Assembly (NCBI RefSeq): GCF_006345805.1
Contig: NC_043014.1
Location: forward strand, 5,084,001-5,148,000
Source: Octopus sinensis
Taxonomy: Eukaryota
Direction of reading: 5' to 3'
DNA: 64,000 nt
Below are positions 1 through 14,017 of the stretch, piece after piece. The notes under the pieces are model-generated. The model searched no databases, was not told where the DNA came from, and saw nothing but the letters and a program-made list of their open reading frames with translations. Each line of letters begins with the position of its first letter. The first letter of the stretch is position 1. Both the position numbers and the translations under genes were made by a program.

Positions 1-889
1 ACACACACACACTAACACACACACGCACTGATACACACACACGCACACACTGACAAACACACACACACTCACACACACACACACACGCTGACACACACAC
101 TGACACACACACGCACACACTGACACTCACACACACACATACACTGACACACACACTGACACACACACTCACACACATACACACACACTCACACACTGTT
201 TTAATATTCAGTGTGGGAAGTATTTCGTTCAACCCACACAGTAATCGCAAGACTTAATCTAATGAAGTCCGCTGTTCGGATTGGATTCTTCACAACAAGC
301 GTTAATCTGATTAGAAATGTTTTATGTGAATATCAAAATCAAAACCTACCAATTCCCACCCACCCATACATACATACATAGATACATACATGCACACATA
401 CATACAAGCATACATACACACATACTTGCATATATACATACATACATAAATACATACACACATACATACATACATACATACATACATACATACATACAAA
501 CATACCCCCATACATATATACATACATACACACACACACATTTATTCAAACATACACACATACATACATACAAAAATACATACATACATATATACATACT
601 TTCAAACATACATAGATGCATGCATATATGTATACATTCATGTATGTATGTATACATGTATGCATGCATGTATGTATGAATGTAAGCATGTATATGTCGA
701 TAGACACATATACACATACATACATACATACATACATACATACATACATACATACATACATACATACATACATCCATCCATCCATACATACATACATACT
801 TGGTGGCCCTCGTTATCGAGTATGGCCATTGCACGAAGCTTAATCAATGTTGTTATCGTGCAATGCCTGTGCATGGAGATTATTTTTAA

Positions 890-1344
890 AGCGAGGAAAG
901 GCTGTGCACTGAGTCAATCCCAGTCATTAAGCAACAGCAGCCATAATACGAAAAAAACACGTCAACATCACCGGTAACCACTGAGCCGCAGTTTTTATAT
1001 CGGAGTTATCCCAGTTACCTGAGTTAACTTCTCAAAAAGGATGCCCTAACAAAGTCTAGGAGTCCTTCACTCCCAACGGTTTAACCGCGCGATCGGGTAT
1101 TCAGTCCGATTATTTCTATGTCTCCGCGCATGATACAGCCTTAAGACAGTTATTGGATGGCCGTTGACTCTCAAGAGTTCCTCCGCTCTTTGACGGGTTT
1201 TGTTTTTCATCCCGCAGGGTGTCTAATAAACTCCCTCCTCACCAAGCAAACTTGGTGGGGATGCCAGTTTAGTCGCCGACGACCCGACAATGCAATAGGT
1301 TGTACTGGGTTACATGTTACCAGTAGTACTCGAAAGTGACCTGA
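890..1344 (-). mobile_element. GC-richer interspersed repeat between (CATA)n tracts, possibly a LINE 5-prime UTR fragment (paralog about 29488-29946)
   Basis: Non-coding, composition differs from flanks, bounded by microsatellites; family assignment is uncertain. Confidence 0.35.
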
Positions 1345-1965
1345 CATACATACATGCATACATACATACATACATGCATACATACATACATACATAAATA
1401 CATACATGCATACATACATACATACATGCATTCATGCATACATACATGCATACATGCATACGTACATACATACATGCATACATGAATACATACATGCATA
1501 CATGCATACATACATACATACATGCATACATACATACATACATACACACATACATACATACATACATACATGCATACATACATACAAACATGCATTCATA
1601 CATACATACATACATACATACATACACACATACATGTATACATGCATACGTACATACATTCATGCATACATGCATACATACATACATACATACACACATA
1701 CATACACACATACATGCATACATACATACATACATGCATACATACATACATACATGCATACATACATACATGCATGCATGCATACATACATACATACATA
1801 CATACATACATACATACATGCATGCATGCATACATACATACATACATACATACACACATACATACACACATACATGCATACATACATACATACATACATG
1901 CATACATACATACATGCATGCATGCATACATACATACATACATACATACATAAGTACATACATAC
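1345..1965. repeat. (CATA)n/(CATG) microsatellite (also 360-800, 28855-29390, 29947-30430)
   Basis: Direct reading. Confidence 0.95.
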
Positions 1966-2307
1966 AAAAAAATCGTGTTCATGTTGTTGAAATTCTAATG
2001 AAAGATACTTGGAACTAAGTTAGAAGCCGTCTCTCTTTCTGTTGACCAGAAATATTCTATTAAAACCGAATAATGACATTCATACATATTTTTAGCTAGT
2101 CATTGTCACTAGCTTTGAATATTTTTCTTCTTGTTTTATAAATCATAGCAAAACATACAGGTACAGTGTCTCCCATTTGAAACTCAATTCGCAAGTGCAC
2201 CTTCCGTATGGACTGCATATGTACGACGGAATTCCATAGTTATGATTAAATTTTCTTAGATGAAGCATATTAGACCCCTCAGATATAGTTTTACCTAATT
2301 TAATATA

Positions 2308-2344
<37 letters not shown>

Positions 2345-3599
2345 TTATGTGTGTGTGTGTGTGTGTATGTGTGTAACATTCTCGGTTTGGCCCTCGAAAT
2401 AAGGTTAATTTGAAATAAGCTACAAATTAAATCTTACAGCCATGTCAGATTTCAACAAAGTCCCATAATTTTTCCTATCGTAATGGCGGGTTGAATATGC
2501 AGCTGCGCATGCTCTGTACAGCTTAAACACCTGGCGGTCGTTTTAACTGTCTAATTATGTCGCTGAATCAAAAGATGAATTTGAAGATCTACCAGCGTCC
2601 GTATTCTCTGCAATTGTTTACGATTTACAACCAGGAAAATATTTGTAATCTAGAGAAGCGAATGCAGATTTACCCATTAGACTAATAATAGTGGGATAGT
2701 AAACATTAATAATCTTTATTCTTTATTGCAGCTTGATGCTGTTAACCGAACCCTTCGTTTATCTAACATATATTCTACACACTCCAACATACTGTCATGA
2801 ATCCTATTGGATATAACGTGACGGTCACAACATCTCAGCCTTCTTACACACAGCATCCGTGCTTGCCCTGACTATATTTGCTCTCTTTTGTCTCACTTTT
2901 ATGTGTGTTGTATTCGTTTCGCATGAAATGTATTCAGCTTCTAGGATCCATCCTTTCTTCGGTTCTGTTATGTTTACGTAGATGAGTGAAAGAAATCGTC
3001 GTATTTGATGTTCTCTGCTGCTGAAATGAGGCAATTTTTCTGGTTGATTTCATTTCTTATTCTTGTATATCAGCATTTAGTGTATAATGTGTATGTTGTG
3101 GGCATCGAGTTTCATTTTGTATCTTATCTTGAAGAGAGATGGGAATTTTGTGGCATAGATTTAGGTTGGCAGGACCAATACTCATTTATACTGTCTTTTG
3201 AGGAATTGATCGTGTAAATTCCACAGTCTCAGAAAGCTTAAATTGAACATTTTGTGATATTTCTAAAGTAGACGATAGATAGGTTTTATAAGATATGGCG
3301 TTGGAATGGAACGGAAAGCTTTCCTGATTAATAACGGCAAATAGAATGGATTGTGTGGAAGTATCTGGTTGTTGTTGAAAGAATCAGTTAAGTTCTGTGC
3401 TATGTAATATAGCGGTTCATGGCTCCTTGTCAGAATCTGAGTTGTAATTTGAAAACCAAGATGTCTGAGATAGTAGCGTCGAGTATTAGATTTTCTAAGG
3501 CTGTGCATGAAAAGCTGATATAATTCTATGGTGGTACTTTATTTGGGGTTTTGTTGAATCATGAGACAGAAGACAAAATACTGTTAAACAAAATAATAT

Positions 3600-3605
3600 T
3601 TTATT
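3600..3605 (-). terminator. Probable polyadenylation signal AATAAA of copy A (paralogs 17470-17475, 32112-32117, 47547-47552, 60175-60180)
   Basis: About 270-290 nt past each stop codon, at the same position in all five copies, followed by T/GT-rich sequence; homology between the two flank types ends soon after. Confidence 0.6.
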
Positions 3606-3875
3606 TCAGCGATAAGTTTGATACACTGAAATCTTACAAAATGTTTTTTCTAGAATCATTCCGACAGATTTAGATTATTCTTGTGTTTGAGGATATTTCT
3701 GGCATTCTACGTCGCCTCCTTTGTATTGTTTGAATATCTTCTGTAAACTAGTACAACAGTTTATTGTAACGATAGACATACTTTAAAGAAAATATTAGGT
3801 AACACAATTGAAAATTTATGTTCTTTATTAAAATTCACAGACATATTTTCATATGGAACCGAATTTAATTTCTAT

Positions 3876-4372
3876 TCAATATTTACTGCACACAACGCAG
3901 GTTAATTCTTGACCATTGACATACGGTGGACATGGCAATGAACCACAAGAAGCCTGAACGAAATATAATAGAGCTCCATCTTCGTTTCTGTAACCTGCTG
4001 GATCAGCTTCTGGTGCATAATCCACACACACATATTCATGTCTGCCCTTATGACTATGACATTCGGTCATCAAATATCCTGAATACTCAGCTGTCCAACC
4101 ATCGTAACACTTTGTCCTGGCTGGTAACATCATAACAACAGCAGGTTGTCGTGTCAAACAGACAGCGCACGGAACGTTGTGTTGATGAAGTGATTTAGCG
4201 TTAGCAAAAGAAAAGAGTTTATTTGAGTAGTGGCCTATTTCATATTCACTGCCATAAATGTAACCACCTTCTTCAACTTTAGTCGTATAATTGGCCCAAA
4301 TGGGATCGTTAGGTAAACACAAGAGATTACTTCCACCACCTGTGTGGTCATAAAATTGTCCACCCACCACAC
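3876..4372 (-). CDS. Copy A exon 4 (terminal), short-chain collagen C4-like/NC1-related domain; full protein 255 aa
   Basis: Acceptor cttaccaattctag; GGGSNLLCLP, VPCAVC, EYSGYLM, YVCVD, CGSLPCPPY, ELTCVVCSKY-stop; in frame with exon 3. Confidence 0.92.
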
Positions 4373-4579
4373 CTAGAATTGGTAAGAATAAATCAAGTAA
4401 AAAAAGATAATAAGCAAAATTATATATGAAATAACGGAAACATTCATTACAATTTTTCACTTAAAAGAAGTCATGTTTACTCGCGTGTGAACGAATTGTG
4501 GTGTATATATTAGTGTTTATGTGAGTGTAAGCTGTGTGTTGCTGTATGCTTGATATCATAGCTGTGCATTTGCATTCTC

Positions 4580-4634
<55 letters not shown>

Positions 4635-4636
<2 letters not shown>

Positions 4637-5652
4637 CGAAGTAAGCAACAAGGATATCCAGAGATAATGCAGTACGATTGTTTCATGCAACTCCATATAA
4701 TTGAACAATACAATCATTAAATCAATTTAAAATATAGAGCAATCTTCAGCTGCACAAATACATAGGATATAATTAAATTAAAACAGATTGACACATTGGT
4801 ATAATTATACGTAAAATCTCAAAGAAGTTAAGGAGATACACAAAGAACATGTCTCTACTTCAGCATAGAAATTAATAAAATTATCAAGAAATTTATGAGT
4901 ACTTATGAATAGAAAAAATATTCAACAATTTCTATCCTTTTGTTATAATATTCTTCTTAATAATCCTTTGGTAAACCCTAAACTTCAACTGTATTCATAG
5001 CAACATTGTTTAAAATATTTAACTATAATATATGATAAGACCTTCCGTTTCATTGTCAATAGTCTGCCAGTGTGCGACCCCCTTAATTATCATCTAACAT
5101 CTTGTTTTAAGTTTTCCCTTACTAAACCTCATGGTATTGCTTATAATAATTCTTGATTATTTTATAATTATACCAACTACAATGTCTATCTACTGCCTAA
5201 GCCCTCCCCCTAACAGATACTGCCCTGTGTTCTCTCAGACTTAGATATACAAAGGATTTGTAAATTAGTCTATAAATTAAAACTGACACCATAAAGACAA
5301 AAAATCAGTGGTAAGCTGAGTCTTCTTGATAATTTTAGTAACTGCTATGCTGAAGTAGAGACAACATGTTCTCTGTAATATCTTGGAAATTTTAAGTATA
5401 ATTATACAAATGTGTCCATCTGTTGTAATTTAATTAAATCCGACGTTTTTGCAGCTGAAAATTGCTCTAAATTTTAAACTGATGTAATGATTGCATTGTT
5501 CAATTAAATGGAGTTGCATGAAACGAACCTACTGCATTATCTCTGGATATCATCTTTGCTTATTTTAATTTTAATCCCCTTACATTGAAATTGTATGGAT
5601 AATGCCGTACTAAATTCTGGAGCCTCAACTTAAGTACCATATTCATCCGAAT
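4635..5652. mobile_element. Fold-back insertion (about 250-bp diverged inverted arms, 4642-4890 and 5324-5561) in (TA)n, Penelope inverted-pLTR-like
   Basis: gatatccagagataatgcagta...tttcatgcaactcca mirrored by tggagttgcatgaaa...tactgcattatctctggatatc; hammerhead in arms; remnant in copy D at about 49040-49100. Confidence 0.65.
4668..4754 (-). ncRNA. Type I hammerhead ribozyme with long stem II
   Basis: TGCAG-CTGAAGA-tTGC...GCAt-GAA-AC(AATC)GT-A^-CTGCA; degenerate mirror copy (core CTGAAAA) at 5450-5536 on + strand. Confidence 0.65.
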
Positions 5653-5693
5653 CTATATATATTATATATATATATACATATACATACACACAG

Positions 5694-5807
<114 letters not shown>

Positions 5808-6847
5808 GTAGGAATATGTATATATATGTTGAGTGTATACGGGTAAGTATTTGTGGTTACGACGTGGATTATTATGTATGTTATCATGGGGAAGTGTTAA
5901 TAGAAGGAGAAAAAGAAAGGAATTCGGTAACGCATGTACTCGTGTTTACCCGAAATAGAAAATGTGTTCACGAGTGAACGAGGATATTTTTGGCGATGGA
6001 GTCGGCGACCGATAAAATATACGTGTAGGGTTTATAAGGAGCAGATACAGAGCATTTTTAAGGAACGTAAGGTTGATTGGGGACGCAGTTTGTAGCAGCA
6101 GTTTTGAATTGGAAGTGTCGTAATTACCTTACAAAGATATACTGGATAATTAATGAGGTGATGTGGTGCATGAAAAGAGCAAGGTTTTAGCGATAGGACG
6201 ATTTCGGTGAGGGGGGGAAGAATAGAAGTGCATTCTGTACTCTGTTGTGTTCTCTCACTAATATTTAGTCTCTCTATATATTACTTAATGAATAAAGTCC
6301 TTAGCTTTTTCCATCAGTTATAGTATGTGGCTTGTCCAGTCCTCATTCTACATTGTGCGTTCATTCCATTAACCATTTACAGTCACTGTCATCAATTCTA
6401 ATAGACTCTATTAAATTTAGCCCACACCTACGATCATTGTGCACTCTAGTTAATGATTGTCAAGCGGCCACTTTTCAGCTCTGGTCAGTCACGTACAATA
6501 CCACCATCCGTAGCCTGTACAATTGATCACCAGTTAGCATCCTTTTCACTTGGTCCGTAGTAGACAACATATAATATGATTTGACCAAATACCCACGAAG
6601 GAGTAAGCATTCTTGTGTAGTGTCTGTATAGTCTATAAGTATAGACGTTTGAAACGTGACATATCATAAGAGGATTTGAGAATGTTTATGTCAGACAACA
6701 CGACAAAGTGTGAGTGTGTGTGCGTGTGCGTGAGAGAGAGGATGAGAGAGAAAGAGAGGTAACAAAAAGAGAAAATGAGAGGTATAAAAAGAGAGCAAGA
6801 GAAAGACAAAAAGAGAATGAGGGGTCAGAAATATAAAGTATACTAAC

Positions 6848-6922
6848 CGTCATATACAAGTTTTGAATAAGGAGGACAAGTTGTTCTGCCCCACCGGGTA
6901 TACAATGATCCGAGACCGGGTT
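6848..6922 (-). CDS. Copy A exon 3 (KPGLGSLYTRWGRTTCPPYSKLVYDG), start of C4-like domain
   Basis: Acceptor ttttaatttcacag, donor GACG|gttagt; 75 nt, phase 1-1; YxRWGRTTCP motif typical of short-chain collagen C4-like proteins. Confidence 0.9.
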
Positions 6923-8519
6923 CTGTGAAATTAAAATGAAATAATGTAGTTTAAAAGAAAGAATTGGGGGACCATTTACAAAGTAGGATGTTGGATGGGA
7001 AGGAATTGATGGAGAAGAGAGAAATATAGAATTTAAGAAAGAACGAGTGAATGAATGAAAGTCAGAACGAAAGATGTAAATAATAAGAATAAATTGTAAA
7101 GAAAGAAAAAAGACATTTGTCTGTTGAGCCTGTTGTTGACGTTGATGTCAAAGATTTGAGAGATTAATCTCAGAATATCAGAATGCGTATCGGTCTCCGC
7201 TATGAACGGATGTATGTATGGTACGTAAACTTGGGTATGAGTATATATACTTCTCAATAGAATAATGATAAAACTCAATAGAATAATGATAAAATATTCT
7301 CAAGGTGCGAATATTCATCGGTCAATTACAAATATCATTTGGAGCTCGGCGCAAATAGGGCCATCATAACTACAATATGAAAATAACAACCATACCGCAT
7401 CATTTGTCGATTTAGTTAAAAGACATCACATCCGGATCTCGAGTAGAGGAGTCCGTTCGATAAATATATTGCACACCTCATCCAATACGGGTGCAGTCAG
7501 CAACTTAATCTGGGGTGCGTGGGGTGGTAGCACATAATTGACGGTCTCAGGAAACCAAAGCAGATCAAGAAGGGAACAAACTTTAATAAGTGAGATTTTA
7601 ACTGTCTGAATTGTTAGATATAATCTGCCTGTAAGATATAATCGGTGTCTCCTCTACAAAATTTCCTTTCTCCGATAGCGTACACCTGGATATAGTCTTG
7701 AAACTCCACTACGCAACTGTGGTGCCAGCAATGTCTGCACAGGTGGGATTAGGATACTCTCAATCCCCAGCTTTCGGATTGTATTATGGAGTGAAACCTA
7801 CTAGGTGTGAGGGTTCGCCTCTTGAAGCTAAGGCTGAATATGAAGGACCACTGTGGCTGCTCTAAGTATATGCAGCAAACAGCTAGGTCAAATACAAATC
7901 CTTCCTAAGCAAATTCACCTCAGCTTTAGATATATTTGGGGTAAAGTCATTTGTCCTGCAAGAAGAATGCAGTGCACACCTTGGCACTGATAACCGTGAG
8001 AAGGATTGATTGGAAGGAATGTCGTCAGTGAACTTAATGGAGAGATCATAGCAGCCTTCTGTGCAGGATACACACTCTCCTCTCTATGGTATAGATATTA
8101 TCTTAAGACAGGGATATTTATAAGGGTGCCTGGAATAGAAATACTTGGTGACAGAGGTTTTTGATAGATTTCGGTCATCTTTCACTCTTTGGTGAAAGTT
8201 CGGGTAAAAGGAGGGGTGGAGTTGTCAACTCGTCACAACCTAAACGTCTAAAAATCTGAAAATTCCTACAGTCTGCCGAACACTAGAAATTGGTAAGTCC
8301 AGTGCGACCTACAGAATACAGTTGGAACCGCAGAGGATGCTGGGATCAGAAACAAAAATGTGGAGCTTTTGCATCCAAATTGAGAGTGACCCGCCTGAAT
8401 GAAGTTGGACATCGAAATGGATTCGTGATTGTATTATATTTGTCGTCAGGTTCTTCTTCGGTTGAACGCTTATTTGAGCTAAACTCACTTAAAAGTGATA
8501 AAGCTGCTGGTGAAATGTA

Positions 8520-9370
8520 CGTCCGGCTTGATATTTTAGAAACCTTAAATACAGATGGTATTCTCTGAGTGACCCATATATGCTAGGTGGATGGGAACCC
8601 TGGGAAAAACACCAAGGAATGGTAATATGGGATGACAATCACAATTTTTCAAACAGAGACCAAAGAGTGTGTTCTAATTATAGAAAAGTCTACACTAGAT
8701 ATCTGGAAAAATATGTAGGGAAGTTGTCGCTCCCAAGATTACCGTCCTGGACGGAGTACACCCGGCCAGAGAGTCGGTCAGAGATAGATCTTCGAGAAAA
8801 CGTTGAAATACGTCCAGGGTTATACGCTGTAAACCACGAAAAGGCACACGATCACGTGCCCTGGGGCATGTTGCGGATGGTTTACATGGAAGGTGATTTT
8901 ACTGGGCAAATACTGGTTGCCATAAAGTATTTATATGGATGTTCAAATTATTGTATTTATGTAAAAGTCGAAAGTTTTCAACATGAAGGTTTCACTTAGT
9001 TGAAGTGTGCATTGTTAGTGCCCCTTCTCACATTCTTTTTTGTGATCTGGTTGAATATGCGCAGCCATTGTGGTAGAGGTATCCCAATTCATCTCTACGT
9101 GATCGGTCGACTGTTATTTGTGGACGACATGCTGCTACCTGATTCGTCTGATGGTCACCAATAACGTGCATCGAATGGGTTGGCTGACGTGCACCCAAAG
9201 GCAGGATTGACAAATACGCACTGTGTAGGAAAGTGGAACATCATTATTTCGGGTCTCTATTCACGAACGATTGGAAGCACAAGAGTGTACAAAATGCTGA
9301 ATTGTAGATATAAACGCATGAAGCGCCAGCTCGGGCATTTGATTCTCAGATGAAGAGGGCTTGGTACAAT
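8520..9370 (+). mobile_element. Decayed non-LTR retrotransposon reverse transcriptase fragment, RTE-like (paralogs about 22040-22890, 39000-39860, 52160-53015)
   Basis: Remnant motifs DQRVCSNYR, EKAHDHVPWGML, LVAIKYLY, LLFVDDMLL (FADD-like); broken by frameshifts and stops. Confidence 0.75.
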
Positions 9371-9618
9371 TATCGATCTAGCACTGCATATATACTCATA
9401 TACACACAATAAATGGCATAGTATATTAGAGTAACATTTTATTTAGGAAATTATTGTAACGTAGAATACAGTTTGAAATACATTTAGGCAAGTGTCTTAG
9501 CATATATTATTGTGGACATATGGATAGTAATGTGGAACTAATTCAAAGTTGGTGAAATAATAAATCATTAATTAATGAGTCACGGGTAAAAGATTTTTGC
9601 CATAAAATTATTTCTTAC

Positions 9619-9670
9619 TTGGTGTGTCATCAGGTTTATCGTCGAGAGATTTCTTGGAGATGAAACGGTT
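9619..9670 (-). CDS. Copy A exon 2 (NRFISKKSLDDKPDDTP, stalk)
   Basis: Acceptor tatttctattttgtcacag, donor CCAA|gtaaga; 52 nt, phase 0 to 1, which bridges exon 1 to exon 3; conserved in copies A-D. Confidence 0.8.
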
Positions 9671-9754
9671 CTGTGACAAAATAGAAATAGGATCATATAA
9701 ATAGAACTTCAGGTTATTTATTATCGTTTAGAACTTAAAACAATGCGATAGATG

Positions 9755-10070
9755 ACAACATATTCGGACAGGTATCATTGCCAGCAATACCATCTGAACA
9801 CCTTTCGGAATCTTCTAGAAGGCGCTTCCATCCAGTCAAAGGATTTTCTGAACAATATCAGACAATAAAAATCTGAATTTCAAATGACATCCTTTGGTGA
9901 ATCTAAGAAGATAGATAAACATGAATTTACGCCGACGTCAAAGTTCAAGGGCAAGTATATCCCTTCAATGGTTCCCTGGTACCCGCGAATGAACAAGCAC
10001 AGTTCCTCCAAATTTACTCTATGTGTGATGTAGGACAACAAACCCGACGTGAGGTGTCAAAATTTCCAAT
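9755..10070 (+). mobile_element. Helitron Rep/helicase N-terminal fragment (paralogs about 23405-23720, 40245-40560, 53300-53620)
   Basis: FLNNIRQYNSAFQMTSFG in copy C and similar in paralogs, followed by a frameshifted KVQGQV-like motif characteristic of Helitrons. Confidence 0.7.
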
Positions 10071-10367
10071 GATGGGCCGTGTTTGACACAGCGCACACTG
10101 CTGCAAAGGAGAGTATATCCACTGACAGCTTTTCTATGCGTTCAAAAATCACACAAACACCACCTCCAAATTTGCATGACAGGTTAGGGCCTGAAACACT
10201 CCAAACGGACGCATAGCATGTTGCTTAGTCGAATTAGCCCAGCATTTACTCTACAAATGTTTTGTCGTCAATGTTGCACTTTCCCATATCACCTGTTTCA
10301 AAATGACTGCAATACATTATATACCAACTTTGCCATTTTAATCATTAGCAATGCAGGGTATGTCTGC

Positions 10368-10432
<65 letters not shown>

Positions 10433-10441
10433 GATATTTCC

Positions 10442-10509
<68 letters not shown>

Positions 10510-10515
10510 ATATAT

Positions 10516-10790
10516 AGTTAAATTTAATCCAAACAAAAAAGCACAAAGAAACACAACAACGCGTGGACGTGGAACAAATATAGTATTATTGAACGCTCAG
10601 GAAAGAAGGAGGGATCAGCGTTTCGGGTGGAACTCTTCGTTTGAAACATACGAGATGGAAAGATCCAGAGGAGGGAAGACAGAGGAAAAAAATCGCTAAC
10701 GGTACACACGCGGTCACATTTTGAATGACCGGAAGGAAATGGGTGAAGAAAAGTTCTTTCAAAGACAGGAGAGTGGTTGAGGAGGAAGTA
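10516..10790 (-). mobile_element. Older Penelope pLTR-like fragment with hammerhead-like motif, shared by copies A-D (also about 24164-24445, 40786-41066, 54062-54340)
   Basis: Minus strand in copy D gttt-CCGACGA-agagctccaccc-GAAACGTT-aaac (54167-54201); sits next to (TA)n and is followed by a complex GT repeat. Confidence 0.45.
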
Positions 10791-11760
10791 CGTGTATGTA
10801 AGTGCGGAAAAGAACGTGCGCGGTGGTCTGCGTGTGTCTGTGTGTGGTTACGTGTTGTAGGGTTAGTAGTGTTAAGGTCAAGGAAGAAGGAATTGGGCGT
10901 GGCTCCTTTTGTCTCTACCACAGGTCAAGTAGTAGGTACTGCTAGTTTGATGTATGTGTGTGTGTGCGTGTATGTATATGTATCGTGTGTGTGTATTGTT
11001 TGTAGTGTGTGTGCATGTGTGTGTGTTCCTGTGTGTAGGCGTCGAGTTAGGGTGTTTGGCGAATAACAGTGCTTTACAGAGTGTATGTGTGCGTGTGTGT
11101 GTATGTGTATATGCGTGCAATGATGAAACGTGTACGTGTGTGTGTAGAGTTTGTGTGTGTGGCGAATAACTGTGTGTATGTGTGTGTACATGTATGTATA
11201 ATTGTGCGCGTGTATGTATTATTGTGTACCATGTGTATGGGACGTATGTGTGGGTTCATTGTGTGTGTGTATGTATGTGCGTGCGTCTCGTATGTGCGTG
11301 AGTGCATGTACGTGTACGTTTGTATGTGTGTGTGTAAGCGTATATGGGTGTATATGCGTGTATCCGTGGGGTTGTGAGTTTTCGGTGTGTGCATTCGTGT
11401 GCGTGTGTACGTGCGTATGTGTGCGCATGTTTTTGCGTGCGTGTGTGTGTGTGTGTCTGTGTCTATATGTGTATACGGATGTGTGTGCGCGTGTAGGCAT
11501 ATATTGTGTGTATGTATATGTATCGGTGTGTATGTGAATTTGTACATGCGTGTGTGTTTTGGGTTTTTCTGGAGTTGTGTGGGAGTAATGTGCGTGCGTG
11601 TGTGCGCTTAAGTACGTGTATGTGCGTGTGTGTCTCTGCCCATGTGTGTATAAGTGTGTGCGTATCTGTATGAGTATTGTTCGTTAAAGGTATATGTGGA
11701 CATCTGTGCTGGTGTGTGTGTATGTACGTGTGTATGTATGTGTGTATGTATTGTGTGCTT
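10790..11760. repeat. Complex GT-rich low-complexity block (paralogs about 24445-25390, 41066-42120, 54340-55385)
   Basis: Direct reading; collinear between copies. Confidence 0.85.
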
Positions 11761-11775
11761 ATGATGCATATATCT

Positions 11776-12046
11776 CCGTGATCACCGTCACAGACCAGTT
11801 GTTGCTACATATCGCTGGTCACAATGCGCTTCGCGTTGTTTTAGCCTTCAAATGACGCCACTCGGCTGGTTAAGCTAGCAGGTCAACAGAAGAAAGGGAG
11901 AAAGTTGTAGGGGAAGAGTGATCACAACAACCCAACTCCCTGAGACTCGTGATGCATTAAACACTCACAACGCCGAGTCTGGGAATCGAAACCGCGATCC
12001 GACAACCATGAGTCCGCTGCCCTAACACTCGGGCCACTGCGCCTCC
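11776..12046 (-). mobile_element. tRNA-derived SINE family 2 (paralogs 25402-25645, 42131-42408, 55400-55676)
   Basis: Minus head ggaggcgcagtggcccgagtgttagggcagcggactc...ggtttcgattccc with A/B boxes. Confidence 0.7.
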
Positions 12047-12051
12047 ACACA

Positions 12052-12175
<124 letters not shown>

Positions 12176-12255
12176 GGTCCCGGGTTGAGTCGGGGTTAAC
12201 CACAGTAAATAAGGTACTCAATACATAGCAGAGTAAATTAATTTATTTTATAGAA

Positions 12256-12310
12256 GGAGCTTCTACAGGACTAGAACTGTTTCATTCAAAAGAAATCATC
12301 AGGAAGCTCC
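12256..12310 (-). ncRNA. Type I hammerhead ribozyme in a 142-bp (TA)n insertion (12173-12314) unique to copy A
   Basis: GGAGCTTC-CTGATGA-tTTC(TTTT)GAAt-GAA-ACAG(TTCTAGTC)CTGT-A^-GAAGCTCC: 8-bp stem I, GUA triplet, U-U mismatch at base of stem II. Confidence 0.75.
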
Positions 12311-12315
12311 TGAAA

Positions 12316-12367
<52 letters not shown>

Positions 12368-13232
12368 CATATCAATATATAGGTATACACGTAAATATCA
12401 CAAATATACGTATCTACTTATACGCATACACACACACAAACGCACGCATATATGTGAGTGGACATACACTGTATAGTGTGATTGTTCGTGTACAATTGAG
12501 CACGTGTGTCTATGCGCGTGCGTATGTGTGTGTGTGTTTGTGTTTATTTGTGCGTGTGTTTGTCCGTGTGTCTGTGTGTATGTATTTACATTCGTTCTTA
12601 CATATTGTCATATATAAAAACCAACGTGAATTACAGTCAAACATTACGAAATTCACCGATCTACATTGGCACTCGCACGTTTTATTTTCAGTTGGAAAGA
12701 AAAGATTCAAAAAAACTCGCCTCACTTCCGTTCCTGATGGAGAGAAATAGATAAATGGTGTAAATATGTACGTATTCCTATGTGTGCGTGTGTGTGTGTT
12801 TGTATGTGTCTGTTTCTTTGCGTGTGTGTAAGTGTACATCTAGATATAATACTTAACACTAATATTAATAGGGCTAAACGTTGCAGCGACAGGGCATGGC
12901 CATGCTAGAACTCCACCAGTAGATTTTTTTCATTACGCACTTATTTCCCTCTCCAGGATTATGTCTGGTGAAAGAGCGATCGGAGAGGAGTACAATTCCA
13001 CTCTTCTTTGTGTTTACTTGGGATGTTTGTATATGTATGTATATATAGATATATATATATACAAAATAAGAAAATGGAGAAACATATCTAAATCAATTAT
13101 CAACCATCAGATAATACCCAATCAATACTTTATTAAACCATTACATAACAGCAATGACATTATACATAATATATTGCAAATATAACTAGACATGGAAATA
13201 GAAATAGAATATACGTTTACATCATATCTGAC

Positions 13233-13741
<509 letters not shown>

Positions 13742-13755
13742 ATATATATATATAT

Positions 13756-13786
<31 letters not shown>

Positions 13787-14017
13787 TATAGATAGATAGA
13801 TAGGTAGATAGATAGATACATAGATAGATAGATAGGTAGATAGATAGATACATAGATAGATAGATAGATATGTATGTACATACATACGTAACTATATATG
13901 TGTGTATGTATATATGATATGTATATATATATATATATTGATTTGTGTGTGTGCGTGTGTGTGTGTATAGCACACATAGTGTGTATGTATCTATGTTTTA
14001 TGTATGTGTCTGTTATT

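Noticed and set aside
311-2018. Long ORFs rich in MYVC/HTYI and similar ORFs throughout the window
   Set aside because: Translations of (CATA)n, (CA)n and (TA)n microsatellites that lack stops by composition
4373-4460. ORF-track N-terminus MKNCNECFRYFIYNFAYYLFLLDLFLPIL as a signal peptide for copy A
   Set aside because: It is the polypyrimidine tract of intron 3; the reading frame is broken in other copies and a proper acceptor lies at 4373
7033-7278. Possible extra exon in intron 2 (AETDTHSDILRLISQIFD...)
   Set aside because: No convincing donor, not kept in copies C and E, and exon 2 already joins exon 3 in phase
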